Part shown: positions 47,329 to 59,072 of the stretch, one piece after another
Position numbering within the stretch: position 1 is the stretch's first letter
Layout: each line of letters begins with the position of its first letter
Source of the DNA: Eledone cirrhosa
Taxonomy: Eukaryota
Length of the DNA: 64,000 bases
Direction: 5' to 3'
Assembly: GCA_964016885.1 (NCBI GenBank)
Contig: OZ024742.1
Coordinates: forward strand, 96,534,001 to 96,598,000
Position numbers and translations under genes: made by a program
The notes under the pieces: model-generated
Seen by the model: the letters and a program-made list of their open reading frames with translations, nothing else
What the model was told of the DNA's origin: nothing
Database searches by the model: none

Positions 47329-47479
47329 TTACTCAGAAAAATAGAAGAGGAAGAATTACTAAAAAGAATGACAAAATAATTTGGTAAATATAATATATTC
47401 AGTAAATATAAAGTTAGGTATTAGGGTAATTTACCGATATTCTCTTAATCTCATACTTATTTTTTTATCTTGCACAGCT

Positions 47480-47997
47480 TTGTTCTCTCTCCTTTCTTTC
47501 TATCTATCTTGATCTATCTATGAATATATTTTACTTATATTTTTTGGGTTCCTCTGACATTTTGTAATTCCTTATTTTCTACTCTCTTTCTCTTCCATTC
47601 TCTCTCTTCCTCTCTCTCTCTCTGTATCTCTCTCTCTCTCTCCCTCCCTCTCTCTCTGCCTTACTTTCTTGCTCACTCTTGATCTCTGTCTATTTATCTA
47701 TCTATCTTTGTCTTAATGAATCTTTAACTCACTATTTCCTACAGTTTGTCAAACTTGCTTGTATCTATCTGTCTGTCTGTTTTGATGAATATTTCATTAT
47801 TTTTTTCAGTTTCTAAAATTGCTCTCTCCTATCGTTTCTTCCTCTTATTATTTCTCTGATTCAATCTGCCACACATGCATTGCAATTTAGCCTATCTATT
47901 TAATTTAATGACTGAGATGGTTTCTTCTTTGATTGTATTTCTCTCTCTCTTCTACAATTTATGTTTCTCACTACATCTCTCTCTCTCTCTCCCTCTA

Positions 47998-48040
<43 letters not shown>

Positions 48041-48310
48041 TCATTTTACTCTATGTACCTCTTAATCTCTAGCATTCTCTCTTACTTCCCTTCCCCTCTG
48101 TCTCTTTCTCTATCTATTATACTTAGCTTCTGCCTCTCTCTTATTCTTTATAAATATCTGTATCCTTCTTTCTATAGATCCCTCCCACTTACTCATCAAA
48201 TCTCTCTCATACTTACTCTCCATCTCACACTCATACCTACGTATCATCTCTCTCTCTCTACAAATATCTATATATAAACCCTTCCCTTTTGCCCGGCCCT
48301 CTCTCTCTAA
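47480..48310. repeat. Pyrimidine-rich (CT)n/(CTAT)n low-complexity tract
   Basis: Read directly from the sequence; explains the LSLSLS ORFs. Confidence 0.9.
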
Positions 48311-48974
48311 CTATAATATAACTCTGTTGCTACCCCTTCCAACATCACTACTATCACCCCCACCTCCACCATTAGAAACAGTCAGATGAAGACAAGAAGC
48401 AACAGGTTTCTTAAATCCAAGACATTTGATTCCAGCACTTTTTCTATGATTATTCATCTAAATACTGCCTTGAGACCTTAAACACTTAAATGCCTATCAC
48501 ACACGCACACACACACACACATAATCACACACACGTATGCACACATGTACTCATATACCTACACATACAAACACACTCCTCCCACCCCACACACATAAGG
48601 AAGAAATCCGAGCATGGATTAGTTGAAGAGATGCTCATAAAATTATAGTTAGTTCTAGCATGCTGTATATAATCTACTTAAGAGATAGATTGAACTTTAA
48701 GTAATTTTTGGTTTTTCTGACAGAAATAGAATGGTTTTGAATTATTCTCCCAAATTCTTGATCATGAGGAGATTTCTGGATACTGTCTAAGATGGATTTT
48801 GACTGACTTTTATTCCAACTCTTTCTCAATCACTTTCCACTCCCATCTATCTTTCAATATTTCTTGTATATTGCTTCTTTCAGTTATACTTCGGAGTTTT
48901 TAGTAGAAATCACTGGTAATATTAAATCATAATTTAAATAGATCATGACGTAAATGCTTCAACTTTGATTTCAA

Positions 48975-49500
48975 TGACAGAAATCATGAGAAGACATCCT
49001 CACTCATGTCCAGCTTCTTACAACATCTTGAGATGAGAAAAGACTCCATTTTTGAATAGAAAGGCTTCAGAATGATACTTCTCCAACTAACAGATAAATT
49101 GAACACCCTGTTGACTATGAAGTAGTGTGGGAGAAGTGAAAGGCACTTAACCACCTGAGAAAAATTACAGATGGTACTATAGGACTGGCTTAGTAACCTG
49201 AGAATGTGGAGAAACAAACCAGACTACAGAACACTACCTTGTCTGCTCTCTGCTAGCCAACCCATGCAGCTCATAAAGACCTTGCAAAGTTCACTGAAAG
49301 ATTTAAGAGCTGTGTGGAGAGGTGAAAATTGTTATATATCCTCTGTATATATCAATGTGCAGAAGAAACCCAGTCTATAAAACACTATTTCATCTGCTCT
49401 CTACTATCCAATCCATGAGGCTCAAATGATATTGCAGACGTCAATGCTCATGTAAATGCACAAAGCTGCATGGATAGGTAGCAAGCTGCTATATGACCAC
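48975..49500 (+). mobile_element. Decayed 3' end of a Vingi/Ingi-like (I-group) non-LTR retrotransposon with duplicated CCHC end
   Basis: PVDYEVVWEK*KALNHLR, then ECGETNQTTEHYLVCSLLANPC. A second copy QCAEETQSIKHYFICSLLSNP lies 151 bp downstream. Confidence 0.6.
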
Positions 49501-49670
49501 CATTCTTGCTTCAAATGAATAAGTAGGAAAATTGATTTATTTACCTCCTTCTTTACTTTTATTTCCACCTTGTTTAAAACTCAAAATTTATATATATACA
49601 TATATATGTCCCTAGGCTCTGATACCATCAACACTATACACACAGAGCTGGCATATCTAAGAACTGACTA

Positions 49671-49726
49671 ACTGCCTGATGAGGTCATAGCCATTCAATG
49701 CCTATCATCAAAATATATATAGCAGT
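49671..49726 (+). ncRNA. Decayed minimal type I hammerhead ribozyme (Penelope pLTR remnant)
   Basis: Stem I ACTGC/GCAGT, CTGATGA core, stem II GGTCATAG/CTATCATC, GAAA mutated to AAAA, palindromic TATATA stem III; (TA)n on both sides. Confidence 0.6.
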
Positions 49727-49774
49727 AAATAAAGGATTATAAGTTCATGCAATTGACTTATGTTTCGTCACTAA

Positions 49775-49803
49775 ATATATATATATATGTATGTATATGT
49801 ATA

Positions 49804-49871
<68 letters not shown>
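49775..49871. repeat. (TA)n microsatellite, left flank of the Penelope element
   Basis: Read directly from the sequence. Confidence 0.95.
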
Positions 49872-49873
<2 letters not shown>

Positions 49874-49883
49874 AACCAGTAAG

Positions 49884-49962
49884 ACCCCGACGGCTGAGCT
49901 CAAGCCGTTTCGACGGCTAATTCTGGACTAAATGAAAATTTATCCTGGTATTCTCAAGGGGT
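49884..49962 (-). ncRNA. Sense-strand copy of the same hammerhead, broken by a 15-bp deletion in stem II
   Basis: Near-identical to 53250-53343 but lacks GCTCGGCTATTTAAA. Confidence 0.7.
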
Positions 49963-51081
49963 GATTCCATATATGGTCAAAGTGATTGTCAAAAGTTAGT
50001 AGTAATTCTGTGATTGCAAATTAGTAGGGGAGATGGTGGCTAAACCTGCCAGTAGGAGAAAAAGAGGAGGGGGTGGAGTAGACTCAATCATGCGTTGGTA
50101 GTGCCAGCTACAGCTGGTCATGAGGTCAAAGAAGATACTGGGGAGGGGGAGGAAGTCGAAACGGTAGGTAGAACAATGAGGGGTAAAAATATATATATGA
50201 AAGAAAAAATACTGAGAGTGATGAAAAGCGAATAAGTGTAAAGAAAAAAGAGTATAAAAGCAAGTTCTACGACCTAAGTCTCTAGCTATTGTTAGGCTAG
50301 ATAAATAAATAAATAAAGAAAGAAAGAAATAAAGAAAGAAATAAAGAAATAACGAAATAAGTAAATAAACTAGGTGGGACGGATTAGGCAATGACCCTTT
50401 TAAGAGGTGTAAGTACGTAAATCATACGGTGACGAGTCAACAAGTGGGGCCAAAATACTAAAGAAACTACCACGAAATAAATAATAAAGGTTTCTATCAC
50501 GGGCACAAGGCCAGCAACCACCCAGTGCAGCAAAGTAAACTAGTACGAGATAATAATTCTGAGTCCCGAAAAAAATATATACTAATGCTAACTCTAAAGG
50601 TACCGCCGCGCTACAAAAGATCTTATACAAGCTACATGAAAGTTCGTACGAAGTAAAGGTAGAATACGGAAAAATAAATTCAGAATCCACCCCGCCCAAA
50701 AGAAAAGAGAAGAAAGAAATACTGAAACGAGAAAATAAGGCATAAGTGCCACTAAGAAATATAGAAGGCACGGAAAATAGGGGGAGCGGTCGGAAAAGGG
50801 GGCAAGTATCCGAGGTCTAACACAACTGCTATAAAAAGCGGAGTCCGCCAAATCTATCATAGACTAGGGGAGGGGGTGGGGGTACTGAGGCTACAAGGGG
50901 CCAGAGGGCAGCCTCGGGTGGGCGAGAAAAGACGCCGACAAAGAAGAAGAACTGGGGTAGAAGGACTAAGGAGGGATGGGGGGAAGAAGGAAATAAAGGA
51001 AGCAATAAAAGAATAAAAAGAAGATCTTACGTCTCCCTTGGCAAGCAGGGGTTACCCATTGCAAAATCGGCAAGTGGGGTG

Positions 51082-53127
51082 TTATAGCCCTAGTCTACCC
51101 CCCGGGTCATTATGGGGTTTGAGGGCGAGGTAAGTCATACGGAATCTACGTTTACATGCAATAACCAGTTCATCTTTCTTGTTTAGGAGTTGGTCCGTCG
51201 AAAACAACATTTGTAAAGTTTCCTCCGAACATAAATTGCACGGACGGCGTCCTCCCGTGTAAGAATTGGCTCTGGACAGTAATCTCCAAGTGAGATCATA
51301 GGTGATGTTGTTGTCCTTGAGGTCCCATATGTGGCCCGAAAGTGTAGTGGCGTGACGCCGGGCCGGGTTTCGGAAGGTATGTCTATGTTGGTATAGCCGG
51401 GTCTTGAAGTCACATGCGGTTAGTCCTATATAAGCTTTGTTGGAGGTGTCCGTCCTCACGTTGCACTGGTAGATCACATTACGGTCTCTGCATCTATTGT
51501 CGAGTGGGCAAATGGATCTATCCGGACAGTTGCACCTCCTGGTCGGCTCTCCACTGCTATTTAGGTTATTTCTTCCATCGGGGTTGAGTTTTTTGTTATT
51601 AGAGGAGACGATGTTTTGTGCGAAGTTTGGTGTAGTGTTGTAAGAGAGTTTGATGGTATTTTTGTTAATTATATTGTGGTAGCGGTGTTGTAGTGGGAAG
51701 TGTTTTTCAATGAGCCTAAAGAATAGTTTCCCGATGGGAGTTGTCACCTCTGCGTTGTGGGGAGGATTGAACCATGTTACATTGCGTGAGCGGCGGTGTC
51801 TCCTGCTGGTTCCGCTAATGGGAGCTGGACAGTAGGATATTTCCTCCCGGAAACCACTCCGCTTAAGGGCCTGGTTGTAATAAGGCGCATGTTCATCGAA
51901 TATCCGCTCATTAGCTGACAAACGGGATATGCGGAGGGAGATGTTTTTGACCAGGTTGTTGGTGATGTTCCTAGGATGGTTTGATCGGTGGTGGATGTAG
52001 TGCAGGTTGTCATTAGGTTTCCTGTATGGGTAGTACAGATCGTTTTCGAGGTCGAGGGTCACGTCCAGGAAGTTTACTCGGGTCAGAGACGTTTGTAGGG
52101 TTATTTTAAATCCCCAGTCGCGGAAGAAGCTGATTAATTGTTTCCGGACCCGATCTGTACTACTGGGGTTGTACCCTTTAAGGGTAGGGAGCCCATCATC
52201 ACGGTACAATCCACCACCGAATGCAGGAAACATATCGGTGAGTTTGGCTATTAGGAATAATCCTATAAGATCTGTGACCTCCGCCGAATCCGTGGCGCCC
52301 ATGCTGACGTCGAAGGGTGAGTCGGGAGCTCTTTTTATCCATTTAGAGTCGTCAAAGAGTAAGACTGTCTTCCTGGCGTGGAGGAGGATTTTTCTTTCCT
52401 GGTCGGTGATGGGCACAAGTGTTTCGGCGAAGTCCAAGGCAGCAGTAAGTAGCGGTAAGGTGATTGAAGCATAGTAGCTCTCTATGTCGAACTGTATGAA
52501 TTTAGTGTCTCATTTATCCTCCATATTGCTGAACCATGAGATTACTTCCTGGGTGTTGATCCATAGGCTAAGTCGGGCGTGTTGCTTGACTTTTGGTATC
52601 ACGCGGTCTAGGATTTTTTTACTGATTCTCCCTATGTCGGACTTCGTTGGGTTAATAAGCCTGATAGAGGGTTTACGGTCAAAATCGGATTTATGGTCCT
52701 TCAGTGTGAAGTATGGTGTCCGTGGGTCTAGGGGTTCCGTGCGGTCGGCGACCCCGAGGCTGGAGGTAATTTGTTGTCCATCTCGATTTATGTCCTCGAT
52801 GCAAGAGTGGTTGGCCTTTTTATAGGTGGAGTTTAGGCTGCTCCTGATCAGTGTGTGGTATCTGTCAGGGTTGATAAAGTATAGGTTATCAGTTTTATCC
52901 GAATGCACCATGATGTCATTGGTGTTATCGTACTCTGTTAAGTTGCTACGGAGTTTTTGTAGGAATCGGTTGTGTCTGGGTTTAAATTTAATGTTCTTGA
53001 CCAGTTGGAAGCGGTCATTCTCGAAGGGTGAGAGCAAAGGGTTCGGAGGGGGAGATTTGTAGGTAATAAATCCGAATCTCTCCTTGGTGCCGAAGTCCTG
53101 GTTGTCGCAATATCTGTCATAGAAAAA
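51082..53127 (-). pseudogene. Penelope RT + GIY-YIG endonuclease ORF, 5'-truncated, single in-frame TGA at 52510-52512
   Basis: ORFs 52510-53037 and 51082-52437 share a frame, joined by DK*DTKFIQFDIESYYASI. Motifs: FDVSMGATDSAEV, LYRDDGL, NFLDVTLDL, CNC..CPL..C, VIYQC...AYIGLT, CNLC..E. The frame is open up to the junction at 53127 (FFYDRY..FGF..KSPPP). Confidence 0.92.
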
Positions 53128-53249
53128 AGTCTACTCCACCCCCTCCCCTTTTTCTCCTACTGGCAGGTTTAGCCACCATCTCCCCTACTAATTTGCAATC
53201 ACAGAATTACTACTAACTTTTGACAATCACTTTGACCATATATGGAATT

Positions 53250-53343
53250 ACCCCTTGAGAAGCTCGGCTATTTAAATACCAGGATAAATTTTAATTTAGT
53301 CCAGAATTAGCCGTCGAAACGGCTTGAGCTCAGCCGTCGGGGT
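53250..53343 (+). ncRNA. Type I hammerhead ribozyme with U3-A8 variant core (intact copy in the inverted pLTR)
   Basis: Stem I ACCCC/GGGGT; core TTGAGAA 53255-61; stem II CGGCTA/TAGCCG with extension; GAAA 53316-19; stem III CGGCT/AGCCG with GAGCTC palindrome; GTC triplet 53336-38. Confidence 0.75.
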
Positions 53344-53435
53344 CTTACTGGTTCCTATTACCCACTCTACTACCCTAAGTATTGAGTACTTTGGTGCGTT
53401 ATGGTCCACCTGGTTCCTTACCACATTTCCTTCGT

Positions 53436-53463
<28 letters not shown>

Positions 53464-53466
<3 letters not shown>

Positions 53467-54022
53467 TCATCATCATCATCGTTTAACATCCACTTCCACG
53501 CTAGCATGGGTCTGGATGGGAATTGTCCCACTTGAGGCAAGATTGATTGTCTTGCTCAGGACTGTCTGGCGGGTTTTCTACGGCTGGATGCCCTTCCTAA
53601 CACCAACCACGTTTACAGTGTGTACTGGGAGGTTTTTACCGTTTTACCTACATGGCCACATTACAGCGTGGATTGTGTGTGTTTTTGTCATGACACCTAC
53701 ACGACCTCATTTATTTAGGACTGGATGTTGTGGTACCAATATAGCTTTACATCGAAAGGGGTGGTGTAGATGGTGGTGGGGGTAGGGTTAGTGGGACGGG
53801 GGTGTATTTTGGTTAAGAGGTGCCTACTGACTGTAGGTATATATATATATATATATATATATATCATCGTTTAACATCCATTTTCCACACTAGCATGGGC
53901 TAGATGAGATGTCCCATTAGAGGCAAGTCGGGTCAGGTGATTGTGTTGCTGATACAGAACTGTTTCTGGCTAGGTTTCTATGGTTGGATGCCTTTCCTAA
54001 TACCAATCATATTTACAGTGTA
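53464..54022 (-). mobile_element. Two RTE 3'-UTR/SINE-like fragments (53464-53838 and 53864-54022)
   Basis: (CAT)nCGTTTAACATCCA..CCAC.CTAGCATGGG and GGATGCCCTTCCTAACACCAACCAC.TTTACAGTG. Further copies lie at ~46820-46990, ~56140-56320 and ~60590-60870. Confidence 0.85.
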
Positions 54023-54349
54023 CAAACATATAATGTATATGTGAGTGTATAGATCATCATTGTAATTACCATTTAAATTAAATTCCAAAAGCTGAGCATA
54101 CTTTGAGTGAGAGAAGCACTACAGACGAGTAATTTCAGCGAGCGCTTAGAAGCTTGCCAGATGATGTTGCGCTATCAGCTGTTGGGTATAACATCTCTCA
54201 CTCCTATTTGGGTTTATCCATTCTAATTAAGTTAGCACCAGTTTATTGTCAACACCCCTCATAGCAACTCCTTCAACCATACATTACTTACATTTTCTGT
54301 GCCCTACTCTGTGTACAAAATGTCTTAAGGACTTGCTGATATTCTGATC

Positions 54350-54480
54350 GCTAATAGTACTTTCTTATTTAGGCACAAGGCCAGTAATTATCCCAGTTCA
54401 TTACCGGTACTTTATTTTATCGACCCCGTAAGGATGAAGGGCAAAGTTAACCACAGCGGGATTTGAACTCAGACCATAAA
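54350..54480 (-). mobile_element. tRNA-SINE fragment
   Basis: GGTACTTTATTTTATCGACCCCGTAAGGATGAAGGGCAAAGTTAACC..GGGATTTGAACTCAGA (B-box), near-identical to the 61.4-62.0 kb units. Confidence 0.8.
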
Positions 54481-54489
54481 CAGTGACAA

Positions 54490-55200
54490 GAAAAAGAAAA
54501 GGAAAAATATATGTTTATTCACACTACAAAAAGTTAAGATGCATGGAAAAGTTGACTGCAGTGTAATTGTCCGAGGAGTTTGATGTTGGAACAACACCAT
54601 ATTTATTAGTTGAATTAATAAAACAAACTATTAGAAGTTTTATATTGAAACCTTGCATTGACTGGAAAATTGAGGTATCTGTTGTGTGTTGATGGAGTTG
54701 ATGCATCAGTGTTGGGGTGGGGGATAGTTGTGGATTAATGGACTGATAGTCATGAACAACATTTCCTCTGATTTTCATAACTGCTCAGTGAATGTATTGA
54801 TGTCACATACATCAAAACCTTGTTGCTCTGTAACTTTGAAATGTTGTTGGATAATAATTTCGATCTCTCAATATCTTTGCTCATTGCTTGTGGAAAATTA
54901 GATGAAACTTTGATCATGAACCAAGTAAAATAACAAACAGAATTTTGAAAGTAATAATGAATAAGCACAAGGCTGGTTACAAAAATATGAGAAGAATCAT
55001 AGCATTAAATATTTAAATATTTGTGGTGATAAGGTGAGTTATTACTGATCTTAAAGCAGCTGAGAAATTTCCTTAATGAGTTTCTAAATATAATTGTTGA
55101 TGAACAGTTAGCAGCAGAACAAGTGCATAATACTGATTAAAGATCGTTGTTCTGATGTCATTGCCCGAAGAAAACATTCACTCAGCAGTTGAGACATTGA
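54490..55200 (+). mobile_element. Fossil Tigger/pogo (CENP-B/jerky-like) transposase fragment
   Basis: KKRKNICLF.LQK, EEFDVGTT (psq HTH), GWLQKYEKNHSIKYLNICGDK and NEFLNIIVDEQLAAEQVHNTD*RSLF*CHCPKKT (cf. QVYNADETxLFW). Confidence 0.7.
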
Positions 55201-55344
55201 CATCAGAATGCTAGGAGAAAATAATTGTGCAGGGAAGTTTTAATGTAAGAGGCTCCTATATGTGTGTAAACTTGCTATGGTAGGAAAAAGCATGCATTTC
55301 TACTCTTCTAAATGTTGTGAATACGTTGGCAGTGCATTGTTATG

Positions 55345-55555
55345 TGGATTGGCAGTATCGGTAGACCATCAGACAGCATGCTTTGTGGCATAGGTATGCA
55401 CCTTTATGTTCTGAGTTCAAATCCCACCAAGGTTAACTTTGCCTTTCATCCCTACGCGGTCGATAAAATAAAGCACCAGTCAAGTACTGGGGTCAATTTA
55501 ATTGACTTTCTCCTCCCCCAAATTACTCGGCACGTGCTTATACTAGAAATCATTT
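55345..55555 (+). mobile_element. tRNA-SINE, near full length
   Basis: A-box-like TGGCAGTATCGG, B-box-like GAGTTCAAATCCC, and the same body as the other copies. Confidence 0.8.
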
Positions 55556-56632
55556 TTATAACAACAACAAAAAAAAAGACATGGATCATCAAGGACGTTT
55601 TTCTGAATGATGATTGGCTTAATAAATATTTTGTACTCGTAGTTGGTGGCAGGTTAAACAGACTGGATGTCATGTGAGAGACTTTGATATTCTTGGACAA
55701 CTCTTCTGCTCATCCTACAGCTTAACTTATGATCAAATATAACGTTTATGTAATGTACTTTCTCTCATATATGACATCCTTAATTCATGAAACCCAGATA
55801 TCATTTAATCATTAAAGACTAAATATCGAGACATGTACATAAATGACAACCACTCAAAATATCAAAATACATACACAAACACACACACATATATATATAT
55901 AGTAAGGTGTATTATTGGTTGTGTCATACGGTCCAATACATTTTTGTTAGCAATATTAAGTTCTCCACGCTTTTGTATATCTCCAATTCCATTTATGGGA
56001 ACAGCTAGATGATGTAAAACGGAGTATTTGTATCAAAATAAAGATCCGAAGGCATGGTATAAATTTCTAATCATTTTAATCACGACACTTGTTTCAATAA
56101 GAGATAGATCGATCGTGTAGCCATTTATATATATATATCTCATCCTCACAATTTAATGTACATTTTTCCTTGCTAGCATGGTTAGATGAGTTATCCTTTT
56201 GAAGCAAGTCAAATCAGATGACTGTGTCTTGCTCATACATAACTGATTTTGTCTTGGTTTCTATGGTTGGATATGCTGCCTAACACCAACCACATTTATA
56301 GTGTGTACTGGGTGCTTGTACTGAATCAAATATAATGACAAAAGGCCCTAATTAAAGAGGCAGGCATCACATGAAGAATCATTAAAGGAAAACATAGAGC
56401 AGAATGCGACCCAGTGCCAGTGGAATATGTTTCATTGTTTCTTAACCACGCCTAACATTGCTTTTTAATAAGCAAAAAATGTTATTTCTACGAAAGCAGA
56501 ATTTGAACTATACCTAGAGGCATGAAGCACATATAGCCTGATGATGTTCGTCACCCACATAACAGTTATGTGAGCAGGTTCGTTGTTCTTTGGCTAAGCG
56601 GGTCATTAATCTGGATACCTAAATATGGAATG

Positions 56633-56840
56633 TTACGCGATGGGGCCCCATAGAGTCCTGGCGGGTAGGACAGAGAAAGCGCACCCACCGAGGACGGCAA
56701 GGGAGATGCGCCGGAAAAGCCACCCCAACCCGCGGGGCCCACACCCGTGGCTGGCCAGCTCAGTGCCTACGGTGGTGAGCAGGGAGGTAGCCCTGGGGCC
56801 GAGGACACCAGAAGTCTCCACTGCCAGGGTTACAACCACA
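56633..56840 (-). mobile_element. 5'-truncated CRE-clade non-LTR retrotransposon; C-terminus of the restriction-like endonuclease
   Basis: GC-rich island encoding LAVETSGVLGPRATSLLTTVG...WLFRRISLAVLGGCAFSVL (cf. P.AVET.G..G..A..L...QRIS.A.QRGNA.S.L). Confidence 0.7.
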
Positions 56841-57949
56841 GTATTGTTTGAAGGATGTGTTTAAATTAAACATTTTTACTTATGTATTACAGTTTTGTGG
56901 GTAAAATTGATTGTAGGATTGCAATTTCTGTTTGCTTAGTTTCACGGATGACATTAGTTTGGTTGAGATTTGTTTGTAGTTTAGATATATATAAATATAT
57001 ATACAGATAGACTGGATGTTTCTTTATTCAGAATGAAAATATTTTATTGCTGCATTTTTCTTGTTTTATGGATAGAATAAATAATATTTGGTTTATTCCT
57101 CAAATTGTAACAAGGCTATTTGTGGATTTTATATATTCAATCTGTATATGTACAGATATAATTTTACACACACAGAAAATGATTTTTACACTACTTCTTC
57201 CTCCATTTTTTCATACATTTGTTTTCCCTGAATTTTTAACGAACATTTTTAGAATGGTTTTGTGAGATCATAATGTTTGTGTGACAGTCAGACAATCTTA
57301 CATCATCATAAATATTTTTATGTAGCCTTTTCTATATTGGCATGGGCTGGATAGGGTTTTTTGAGGCAATGTTTTAGAACAGGATGCCCATATTGACACT
57401 AACCCATTTAGTAGCATCTTATATGTAGGGATACGATGTATTTATTCTAAACCAGATAACTATTATAAAGGTTTTCATAAGTTCATTCTACTTAGTGTAA
57501 ATAGGTATCACAATCTAAAATAGCACAAGACTATTGATAACATATGTATTTAGACTGTACATAATGCTATTATTGCACGACAAACGAAATGATAACTTTT
57601 GGGGGTTTCAGTAGATTTATCTGTAATCAATTATTGTAATCAATTAACTGTGTGTAGCCTAAATTTCAGTCAAATCACAACACTATATGTGGAGATTGTG
57701 AACTTAGCAAACTTTCTCACATTATCGATGCTGTAGTCTCTAACTCAAGGTTCCCTGCAGCTGGTCAAGCTGTACTCTTTGACTCAAGATTCCCTGCACT
57801 TGATCTAGTGGCAGTGATTGCTGCAATTGTAGTTATCTCTGTTTCTGAGGGCAGTTTAGAACATATTTTTAGTACAACTACAGCATGCACAACAGAAATC
57901 ATTATTTCATTGACCCTTTTGCTAGTGTATTTCTAATGAAATACACTGC

Positions 57950-57950
<1 letters not shown>

Positions 57951-57982
<32 letters not shown>

Positions 57983-58328
57983 GTTTAACGTCCCTGTTCC
58001 ACGCTTGCATGGTTTGGACGGGGGTTTTCCCACTTGAGGCAAGAGTGGTTGTCTTGCTCGCATAGGACTGTCTGGCGGGTTTTCTACAGCTGGATGCCCT
58101 TCCTAACACCAACCACATTTACAGTGTGGGGCTGGGAGGTTTTTACCGTGTTGCCTACACGGCCACATTACAGTGTGGACTGTGTGTTTTTTGACGTGAC
58201 ACCTACACGATCTCATTTGTGTCGGTCTGGGTGTTGTGGCACCAACATAACTTTGCATTGAAGGGGGCGGTGTGGATGGTGTGGGGATGGTGGGACGGGG
58301 GTGTATTTTGTTAGAGATGCCTACTGCT
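57951..58328 (-). mobile_element. RTE 3'-UTR fragment with (GAT)n tail
   Basis: Co-linear with 53464-53838, ending at GAGATGCCTACTG. Confidence 0.85.
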
Positions 58329-58929
58329 TATATAATTCAAATAATTTTGAACTTAATTAAATAGTTGGAGAAATTTAATTAAGTGTTTCTATTAATAAGC
58401 TGATATATAGGATATTACTTAACAAAAATTTCTTAAATAAAATGATGATAAAAGGATTTAATATAAATCTATACATTCTAAAATGGGTAGTTTTCTATCA
58501 TAAATCTAGAAAGATGTCAAAAGTATTAAATCTCAATTTCTACTCCACATAAAAGTCTATGTGAGTATAACATAAATTGTGTTATTATTTGTATAAGTAT
58601 TCTTTTATTCCCATACTGGGTCTAGTCATTTGACACCGGCTATCCTGGGGTATTACCTTCAACAAAGCTTTTAGTTTATCATATCGACCCCAGTACTTAT
58701 TTTATCAATTTTCCTTTAAAATAGAAATAGAAAAAGATGAGTATTGACATAATACTCATCTTTCTCCATTTCTTAGAGGATTCTAAACCCCACTATCAGG
58801 CTAAAATGTCTTGAGTAAAGAATACGGTGAAAGCTTCTATTTCTATTTTCAAACTCGCTCGTTGTTTCAAAAACAAACTTACTTGATTTTCTTTTGTCCA
58901 AATCAAAATTTGCAGGAGAGAAAGACAGA

Positions 58930-58942
58930 CACACACACACAT

Positions 58943-59035
<93 letters not shown>

Positions 59036-59070
59036 CACACATGCTCACACACACACACATATATATATAT
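58930..59070. repeat. Long (CA)n microsatellite followed by (TA)n
   Basis: Read directly from the sequence. Confidence 0.97.
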
Positions 59071-59072
59071 AG

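Larger units (their letters stand above)
49869..53436 (-). mobile_element. Penelope-like retroelement (C-terminal GIY-YIG; probably Hydra clade), 5'-truncated, inverted pseudo-LTRs, inserted in (TA)n
   Basis: RT+GIY-YIG ORF, inverted repeat 49869-50084 / 53128-53358, hammerhead in the pLTR, (TA)n at both ends. Confidence 0.93.

Noticed and set aside
47875-48277. Hydrophobic LSLSLS ORFs resembling membrane proteins
   Set aside because: Translation of the (CT)n tract.
49996-50860. 131-, 123- and 88-aa minus ORFs as accessory Penelope genes
   Set aside because: Phe/Leu/Ser-rich translations of a T-rich 3' UTR with no recognisable domain.
54105-54203. 10-bp inverted repeat GAGTGAGAGA/TCTCTCACTC enclosing ~80 nt (snoRNA/miRNA?)
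   Set aside because: No properly placed C/D boxes or continuous hairpin; low-complexity arms could match by chance.
55345-55430. tRNA gene
   Set aside because: The A/B boxes belong to a multi-copy SINE head; no cloverleaf is evident.
56536-56560. CTGATGA as another hammerhead core
   Set aside because: No downstream GAAA or compatible stems.
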